This document shows, one piece after another, positions 34,026-39,403 of a stretch of DNA of 39,403 nucleotides. How positions within the stretch are numbered: position 1 is the first letter of the stretch; each line of letters starts with the position of its first letter. The DNA is from a virus. Location of the stretch: the IMG/VR virus record IMGVR_UViG_3300028840_003316, positions 1-39,403 of that record; one strand, written 5' to 3'. The translations under genes were made by a program, and so were the position numbers. The notes below the pieces were generated by a model. It was not told where the DNA came from, made no database searches, and saw only the letters and a program-made list of their open reading frames with translations.

Positions 34026-34360
34026 GAAAATGGCTAATGAAACACCTATCAAGTCGGTTCTATAAGGGAATTGTCCTTAATATTACTGATATTACTGAAT
34101 TGGGTGTTGAGGAACAAAAAGACTACCTTTCAAGGGCTTCAGATCTGGCAAGTGATCCAGTATTAGAAAATGAGATAAAGAAGATTATCCAGGCCTCGTC
34201 ACAGAAGATAATAAGGACCTGTAGTAATGACGTAGAGGTGGCGTGGCAACGAGGTGTGATTTACGGAATGGAAGAGTTTGTGAAAAACCTTCAAGGTATG
34301 AAACACAAGCATAAGGTTCTTGTGGAGAAGGAAGATAAAGCAAAAAAGAAGAAAAAGTGA
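34022..34360 (+). CDS. Hypothetical head-module protein (112 aa)
   Basis: It has an ATGA overlap with the portal stop and a Lys-rich C-terminus. Confidence 0.6.
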   Translation: MRKWLMKHLSSRFYKGIVLNITDITELGVEEQKDYLSRASDLASDPVLENEIKKIIQASSQKIIRTCSNDVEVAWQRGVIYGMEEFVKNLQGMKHKHKVLVEKEDKAKKKKK

Positions 34361-34366
34361 TATAAT
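34358..34366 (+). promoter_or_regulatory. Extended -10 promoter TGATATAAT in front of the structured RNA
   Basis: It matches TGnTATAAT and overlaps the upstream TGA stop. The predicted start at about 34372-34373 coincides with the first base of the closing helix. Confidence 0.5.
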
Positions 34367-34371
34367 ATAAG

Positions 34372-34746
34372 TGTTGGTTCTTTACCTCTCTATCTAGGAA
34401 ACAGGTAGGGTAAGCGGAATATGTGAAATAGGTGGTGGCTAACCGTCCTCAACCAACTTGATTGGCTTTAAGTAGGGCCACGCTGGAGGATTCGTGGGTT
34501 CAACTCCCACTCGCACCGTGTAACCCAGTGGCAATAATATGTCCTGTTTCTGAAGTAGAGTGTATATCGTACCTCTTCTACCTTCGGGTGGAGAGGGGAG
34601 CGGATTAGTAACAACAAGGCTGATAGAACTTGTCAGAAATGACTTGAGCCGTTATTAATTCGTTGCCTTCTCTCCCTGTATTAGGAGGGTGCCTCGTCGT
34701 GTCTCTTAACCTCACTTATGTGGGGTGGAGAGGTAAGGAACCAGCA
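34372..34746 (+). ncRNA. Large structured RNA of unknown class, about 375 nt
   Basis: The core is closed by a 19-20 bp helix pairing 34372-34390 with 34728-34746 (G-U pairs on the + strand only). A second helix pairs 34397-34405 with 34543-34551. Internal elements are a T-loop hairpin at 34494-34510, a C(UUCG)G hairpin at 34572-34598, a GAAA hairpin at 34632-34643, and hairpins at 34670-34689 and 34710-34725. No ORF is present. Confidence 0.65.
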
Positions 34747-34793
34747 TAAATACAATTAAACAAACACCTACACTCGCACTATCGGGGGTTGCG

Positions 34794-34820
34794 ACCGCCT
34801 CCTAAGTGTGGCGGTTTTTC
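34794..34820 (+). terminator. Intrinsic terminator (ACCGCC / GGCGGT stem plus UUUUU), nested in the outer helix 34762-34771 / 34821-34830
   Basis: The stem pairs 34794-34799 with 34810-34815 and the T-run is 34815-34819. Confidence 0.55.
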
Positions 34821-34852
34821 GTAGGTGTTTCAATCGCCAAACTTAGAAGGCA

Positions 34853-34886
34853 ATCGCACTCTCTGATAGGGGGTGCGATGTTTTTA
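34853..34886 (+). terminator. Intrinsic terminator (11-bp stem, 5-nt loop, UUUUU)
   Basis: AATCGCACTCTC-TGATA-GGGGGTGCGATG is followed by TTTTTATT at 34881-34888. Confidence 0.7.
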
Positions 34887-34940
34887 TTAACACCTAGCTG
34901 ACCCACGATGTGATGTCGTTAAACTCAACATACTGTCTGT

Positions 34941-35600
34941 ATGACGTTAAAAGACGAAAAGGAGATGGAAACTCCTGAAGAAACCCCTGAAGAGGTTACT
35001 AGTGAGGAACAACCTGAGGTTCTTGAAGATGAACCCAAGGAGGCGGAAGAAGTCGAAATTGACTATGCAGCCGAGCTTGCTCGGGAACGTCAAGAACGAG
35101 CACAGATATCTGGAGCTCTGAAAGACGAAAGGAAACGCCGTAAAGAAGCTGAAGCTAAACTCAAGGAGACTGACGAACCAGTTGCCCCTGGCAGCCCAGA
35201 GTCAATCGCCGCAGAGATTACTCAGCAAGTCGAGCGTCAACGTGCGGAAGACGATGTTTGGGAGGCCATTGAAGGTTTAACCGAAAATGAAGCCGAACAA
35301 GATTACATCTACTTCTGCTACCAAAATCGTATTAAGCCTACTGGATATAGCCGAAAGGCCATCCGGAACGATGTACGGGAAGCATATCTTCTCGCAAATC
35401 GCAAGAAGTATGAGGCTGATGCGGAAAAACGCGTTCGTAAATCTATGGCTGAAACCGAAGCTGTCAAACGATCTTCTGGAACTCCTAAGGGGAGCGTTCA
35501 AGAGAAACCAAAGGAAGATTGGTCTAAATACTCTGCTGAGGAGCGTGCACTTCTCGAAAGGCGAGGATTGAAACCAAAAGATGTTAAAAAAGAATTTTAA
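34941..35600 (+). CDS. Scaffolding protein (probable)
   Basis: A highly charged, Glu-rich, helical 219-aa protein between the portal and capsid genes. Confidence 0.6.
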   Translation: MTLKDEKEMETPEETPEEVTSEEQPEVLEDEPKEAEEVEIDYAAELARERQERAQISGALKDERKRRKEAEAKLKETDEPVAPGSPESIAAEITQQVERQRAEDDVWEAIEGLTENEAEQDYIYFCYQNRIKPTGYSRKAIRNDVREAYLLANRKKYEADAEKRVRKSMAETEAVKRSSGTPKGSVQEKPKEDWSKYSAEERALLERRGLKPKDVKKEF

Positions 35601-35609
35601 GAAACAATT

Positions 35610-36104
35610 ATGGCCAAAGGCGACGTTAAAATCAAAGACCCAATGGGTCGTCCGTTGCCTGTCTGGACTTGGCAGACTGAAGCTGCTGCTACCGACATTC
35701 TTGCCGGTGAGCCAGTTAAGCTAAAGGCTGCAGGCAGCCCATATGTTATCCCTCTCGCTACAGGTGAGCCAGTAATCGGGACAACTACCCAGATGATTGG
35801 TATCGCTGCTTCTGACTCTACCCACACTGCTTCTGCAGACGGTAACGTCGAAGTATACGTACCACTATCAGGTGTAGTTTACTCAGCTAAGGCTACTACC
35901 CCAGCGAACATCGATACTCAAGCAGAGCTCAACGCTTTGGTTGGTGATCGAGTTACTTTCGACCTTACTTCAAGTGTTTACACTGTTGATGAGGACGAAG
36001 GGGATGACGCACCACACGGGCTTCAGATTGTTGGTGGAAGTGCAGCTACGCTGGATCTCTACTTCGCAATCCGACCTGCATCTGTCGAGGGACCAATTGC
36101 CTAG
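35610..36104 (+). CDS. Head decoration / DUF2190-like capsid accessory protein (probable)
   Basis: A 164-aa beta-rich protein immediately upstream of the major capsid gene. AGEPVKL...IGIAA...V.V...GVV resembles the decoration-protein pattern. Confidence 0.5.
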   Translation: MAKGDVKIKDPMGRPLPVWTWQTEAAATDILAGEPVKLKAAGSPYVIPLATGEPVIGTTTQMIGIAASDSTHTASADGNVEVYVPLSGVVYSAKATTPANIDTQAELNALVGDRVTFDLTSSVYTVDEDEGDDAPHGLQIVGGSAATLDLYFAIRPASVEGPIA

Positions 36105-36134
36105 TTTCTTCCCCTTACTAACTAATCGAGACCT

Positions 36135-37067
36135 ATGAGTTTTAATAGTGCCCTGAACCCCAACGTGGTCAAGACCGCTCTTGACGATGTTTGGGATACA
36201 GAGTGGACTCAGGAGCAACACCCAGGTCACGCTACCGCTGAAACCAGCTACGTATTCCACCAGGATTCTGCTGATTCTAGCGCCGTGATTTTGGAGCTCT
36301 TTGGTGGTGTCGGTCAGTGGGAAGAAACGGCTGAGGAGCAAGACCTCCCAGACGGGACCCCACGGATCACAAACCAGAAAACATTTACGGTTGTTAAGTT
36401 TGCTAAGCACGTTGACATTCCTAAGGAATTCTTCGACGACAACAAGCACGGTTCTTACGAAAAGATGGTTAAGAACTTTGCACGTCGTGCACGAACTACT
36501 CGGGATTCAAATGCTTTCGGCATCTACCGTAACTCGTTTACTACCACTACCACTGCTGACGGTGCGGCGTTAATCTCTGACACCCACACAACCATCTCAG
36601 GTGACACTGTCGATAACAAGCTTACTGCTGCTTTGACAGAAGCTTCTCTTGAAGAGGCTTTCGTTAAGCTTTATGAGCAGAAGGCTCAAGACGGTGTGAT
36701 TGATGGTCACGTAGCTCGAGTACTTTTGGTACCTCCAACTCTTTTCAAAGATGCTTGTGAGATTACCAAGTCTGAGCTTCGATCAGGTACTGCTGACAAT
36801 GATCTTAACTACTACTCACAGATTTACCCAGGTTTGATGTGTTACACATCTTCATACCTTGGTGCTGCGGCTGGTGGTTCAGACACTGCTTGGTGGGTAC
36901 TTGGTGACAATCACTCAATTACCCGATGGATTCGTGAAGGTGTTAGCACAGATCTAGTGCCGTATGAATTCACCCGAAATGACGTATACCAGTACAAAGG
37001 CCGCTTCCGTGAAGTTTACGGAGCAATGACCTATGAAGGTATTGTCGGATCTGATGGATCAGCTTAG
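36135..37067 (+). CDS. Major capsid protein (HK97-fold type, probable)
   Basis: A 310-aa protein positioned after the scaffold and decoration genes. The FTVVKFAKHVDIPKEFFDD segment is typical of capsid families. Confidence 0.75.
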   Translation: MSFNSALNPNVVKTALDDVWDTEWTQEQHPGHATAETSYVFHQDSADSSAVILELFGGVGQWEETAEEQDLPDGTPRITNQKTFTVVKFAKHVDIPKEFFDDNKHGSYEKMVKNFARRARTTRDSNAFGIYRNSFTTTTTADGAALISDTHTTISGDTVDNKLTAALTEASLEEAFVKLYEQKAQDGVIDGHVARVLLVPPTLFKDACEITKSELRSGTADNDLNYYSQIYPGLMCYTSSYLGAAAGGSDTAWWVLGDNHSITRWIREGVSTDLVPYEFTRNDVYQYKGRFREVYGAMTYEGIVGSDGSA

Positions 37068-37089
37068 AAATCCACTTTAGAGAGCTTTA

Positions 37090-37124
37090 GAGGGTGAGCT
37101 CTAATCACCCTCCCCCCTCGGGGG
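37090..37124 (+). terminator. Tandem GC-rich hairpins after the capsid gene
   Basis: An 8-bp hairpin pairs 37090-37097 with 37105-37112. A CCCC/GGGG hairpin at 37113-37124 follows, then an A/T-rich run. The alternative helix 37081-37086 / 37097-37102 competes. Confidence 0.35.
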
Positions 37125-37202
37125 CTTAAATTTAAAGCGGTAGCAGACCCCATTTGGGAGGAAGGCTAGGTAACTAGCGCATATCTGGCACGCAACAAAA
37201 CT

Positions 37203-37802
37203 ATGGCAGGTTCAAGTTTTACAGGACCACTTAAGATTAAAAAAGCAGACGGAAGTAAAGTTACTTTCGTCGATGCAGACGGTAACCTCGTCGCAGGAAC
37301 TGATATTAAGTTCGGTGACGGGGACGCTCTTATTGATACCAACGACAATGAGTTGATGGTAATGAGCGTTACTGCTGCAGCAGTTAATGAGATTACTCTT
37401 GCTAACGCAGCAACAGGTAATGCGCCTTCTTTCGCAGCTACTGGTGGCGACACTAATGTTGACCTCAAGTTGGATGCAAAGGGATCAGGTGTCGTTGATC
37501 TCGCTAGCCCTGTTGCACATTCAACTGAGGATACAATCTCAGCTTCAGGTGCAGTAAGCCTAACTGCTTCAATCACTTTAATTGATTCAACCTCAGGTGT
37601 TCAGGCCAATACATTGGCTGATGGTGTGGTTGGACAGCACAAGTACTTGGTTATGACCGTTGACGGTGGTGACTCAGTTTTAACACCAGCTAACTTGCTT
37701 AATGGAACCACACTTACATTTGACGATGTTGGTGACTCAGCACATCTCGTATTTATGGGAACTGGATGGGTTTCAGTAGGTGGAACAGCAACTCTTGCAT
37801 AA
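37203..37802 (+). CDS. Conserved phage structural protein (199 aa), function unknown
   Basis: NELMVMSVTAAAVNEITLANAATGNAPSFAATGGDTNVDLKLDAKGSGVV matches a motif I recall from many uncharacterised phage virion proteins. Confidence 0.55.
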   Translation: MAGSSFTGPLKIKKADGSKVTFVDADGNLVAGTDIKFGDGDALIDTNDNELMVMSVTAAAVNEITLANAATGNAPSFAATGGDTNVDLKLDAKGSGVVDLASPVAHSTEDTISASGAVSLTASITLIDSTSGVQANTLADGVVGQHKYLVMTVDGGDSVLTPANLLNGTTLTFDDVGDSAHLVFMGTGWVSVGGTATLA

Positions 37803-37803
37803 A

Positions 37804-37853
37804 CTTCTTAGAGTGAGGTGGGGTCATCTCACGATGGCCTCACTCATAAGAAG
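37804..37853 (+). terminator. Long hairpin (15 bp with one bulge) after 37203..37802, with no U-tract
   Basis: CTTCTTAGAGTGAGG (37804-37818) pairs with CCTCACTCATAAGAAG (37838-37853). Confidence 0.35.
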
Positions 37854-37878
37854 TGTATCGAACACATAATCACGAAAT

Positions 37879-39018
37879 ATGAAAATCTTAAATCCACAAC
37901 TTCAGAATCAGGTATCTCTGCAGACTCCAATGCCAGTAGATGATATGAGTGTATCCTCTGCTGTCACTGCAGTAACTGGTGAAACTGTACAGTTTTATTT
38001 CGATAACTCTGGTACACGAACCATTGACGCTGGTCAGGCTGCAGGAGTAGCTGTTTCTGGACAATTAGCAAACAAGAATATCTTTGATTCAGCTGGATCA
38101 AGGGTAGCTTCTTTTAATGACACTTCCCTAACGTTCACATCAACTGCGTTTACCACAGAGGTACGACGACCAGTTGATACGGCTACTTGGGAGACCGCTC
38201 AGTTTGATACCTGGGCAAATAAGCTTGCCGTTGCAACCTCGGGGTTAGCAAATGGTGAGTACTGGGTAGATTACCGATCAGGAACACTTTACGGTATCAA
38301 GGCTTCTTCTCAGGTAACCCTTACTTCTACTGGATATAGCATCAACAAGGCTCTATCAGGAGGAGGTGGAGGAGTTGCATCAGACGTGAATATTGATGAG
38401 ATCGGTGGAACAACAGTTGTAACCGGAGGTGTTAATGGATCTTTGGGTATTGGAGGTAACGTAGCTCACGATGATGCAGATGCGGGAAATCCAGTTAAGA
38501 TTGGAGGACGAGCCCGTAGTACTCAGATGACTGCAGTTGCTGAAGATGATCGGGTAGATGCTGCTTATAACACGACTGGTGGCGCGATTGATGCTGTTTA
38601 CACTTACGCAACACAGTCAAACCGAAGTGAGGAGATTGATCCTCTAGCTCAGCAGCATCGTGAAATCACAATTCTTGATGAGACCAACATCACAACGAAC
38701 ACCACTGGATACGTTTATATTGATATGGATAACTTCCGCGGGTTCAGCATTCAAGGTGAAACCTCAGGGGCTACTCCTACGGACGTGTTGACCGTGACAG
38801 TTGAAGCCAGTAACCAGGATGATGGAACTGATCCAGCTTCTGTTGCTTGGCAGGATGTAACTAACGCACTATTTGGAGTTGCTAGTTGGGTTGACACTGA
38901 CTTCTTTGGAATCGTTGATACACAGGTGCCGTTCAAGTGGGTTCGAGTTAAGTATGTTACCTCCAACGGTGGTGGTAATGATGCCGACTTAACAATGTTC
39001 CTCAAGAAGATGTTCTAG
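37879..39018 (+). CDS. Virion structural protein (379 aa), function unknown
   Basis: An ORF with AAATATG context, located between the capsid-module and fibre genes. Confidence 0.6.
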   Translation: MKILNPQLQNQVSLQTPMPVDDMSVSSAVTAVTGETVQFYFDNSGTRTIDAGQAAGVAVSGQLANKNIFDSAGSRVASFNDTSLTFTSTAFTTEVRRPVDTATWETAQFDTWANKLAVATSGLANGEYWVDYRSGTLYGIKASSQVTLTSTGYSINKALSGGGGGVASDVNIDEIGGTTVVTGGVNGSLGIGGNVAHDDADAGNPVKIGGRARSTQMTAVAEDDRVDAAYNTTGGAIDAVYTYATQSNRSEEIDPLAQQHREITILDETNITTNTTGYVYIDMDNFRGFSIQGETSGATPTDVLTVTVEASNQDDGTDPASVAWQDVTNALFGVASWVDTDFFGIVDTQVPFKWVRVKYVTSNGGGNDADLTMFLKKMF

Positions 39019-39055
39019 AGACATTTAAGGAGGGTTAACTATTAAACATTGAATT

Positions 39056-39403
39056 ATGTCAGTAGTTCTAACATCAGGCATTGACCTGAAATGGAGAATC
39101 AATCCTGATAATTCGGATGAGATTCAGGCCCTCAAGAATGTATGTATTCCAGACAAGTCCTTTGATCACATTGAGAGTATTGATGAAGCCTCACGATTCG
39201 TAGTTGAGAATGAACATAATGGAACCTCGGCTTCCGCTGGAGTCGAAACTATCAATGATCAGGGAGATGTGATGTCAATGGGAGTTGCTAGCTCAAATTA
39301 TGATGTGGGAAGTGATGCAATTCTTCCTAGAGAAGGTGGACTTTCACTGAGTTCAGGACAGATGATGGGGTTTCTGAACACTTATGACAAAGGTTTTAAG
39401 TGG
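39056..39403 (+). CDS. Tail fibre protein with a tail-collar-like domain, 5' part; continues at base 145 of the window after the duplicated 144 bp
   Basis: The ATG at 39056 has AATTATG context. The frame is open to the window end and in phase with 1..594. Confidence 0.7.
   Translation, partial: MSVVLTSGIDLKWRINPDNSDEIQALKNVCIPDKSFDHIESIDEASRFVVENEHNGTSASAGVETINDQGDVMSMGVASSNYDVGSDAILPREGGLSLSSGQMMGFLNTYDKGFKW
39260..39403. repeat. Exact duplicate of bases 1-144
   Basis: Direct comparison. Confidence 0.95.

Noticed and set aside
34431-34518. Possible tRNA, tmRNA or tRNA-derived attP. It has a perfect T-arm (GTGGG TTCAACT CCCAC) followed by a 7-nt acceptor-like strand TCGCACC and a discriminator G.
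   Set aside because: The required 5' acceptor strand GGTGCGA is absent upstream; GGTGGTG gives only 4 good pairs. No D-arm or anticodon arm can be drawn and no CCA is encoded. The only GGTGCGA (34872) is 350 nt downstream and is used by a terminator stem. No integrase exists in the genome. I kept it as a T-loop module inside the larger RNA rather than as a tRNA gene.
39027-39034. AAGGAGGG, the only strong Shine-Dalgarno-like sequence I noticed
   Set aside because: It lies 22 nt upstream of the ATG at 39056, too far for canonical SD function. An in-frame TGA at 39050 prevents an earlier start. No other gene has such a motif.
1-39403. CRISPR arrays, rRNA genes, transposases or IS elements, integrase or lysogeny modules, and toxin-antitoxin pairs
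   Set aside because: I saw no regularly spaced direct repeats with unique spacers, no rRNA-like segments and no recombinase or transposase motifs. The only tandem repeats are the 12-bp iterons at 25211-25262.

Overview
The window is a complete, circularly closed assembly of a tailed dsDNA phage of about 39.26 kb. Bases 1-144 exactly repeat 39260-39403, and one tail-fibre gene reads straight across that junction.

Gene layout, in three blocks:
- Plus-strand morphogenesis block, 29725 through the junction to 17647: small and large terminase, portal, scaffold, decoration-like protein, major capsid, fibre and LamG proteins, a lysis-like cluster, tail and internal virion proteins.
- Minus-strand early block, 24678 down to 17680: HTH regulator, ERF annealing protein, 3D-domain wall hydrolase, SPFH/prohibitin, NinG-like protein, several Cys-rich mini-proteins, and an HNH/AP2-like gene.
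- Plus-strand early/middle block, 24884-29718: replication organiser, QueE-like protein, many small ORFs, YopX.

I saw no tail tube, sheath or tape measure, so the phage looks podovirus-like. I also saw no DNA polymerase, helicase, primase, integrase, canonical tRNA, rRNA or CRISPR. The host is unknown.

All protein calls come from motif recognition by eye. All RNA helices were paired by hand. No searches were run.

Main leads:
1. A 580-nt ORF-free region (34361-34940) holds its own extended -10 promoter, a roughly 375-nt RNA closed by a 20-bp helix (with a T-loop hairpin and UUCG and GAAA tetraloops), and two terminators.
2. The leader of the replication gene looks like a riboswitch or attenuator.
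3. Iterons plus an AT-rich tract sit inside the replication gene.
4. A QueE homologue lacks its Fe-S cysteines.
5. Nearly every start codon is preceded by U (UAUG), and there are no Shine-Dalgarno sequences.
6. A conserved stop-to-start junction motif links a row of mini-genes.
7. Extremely basic and extremely acidic micro-ORFs cluster near the lysis genes.
8. A prohibitin gene is linked to a membrane-anchored 3D-domain hydrolase.
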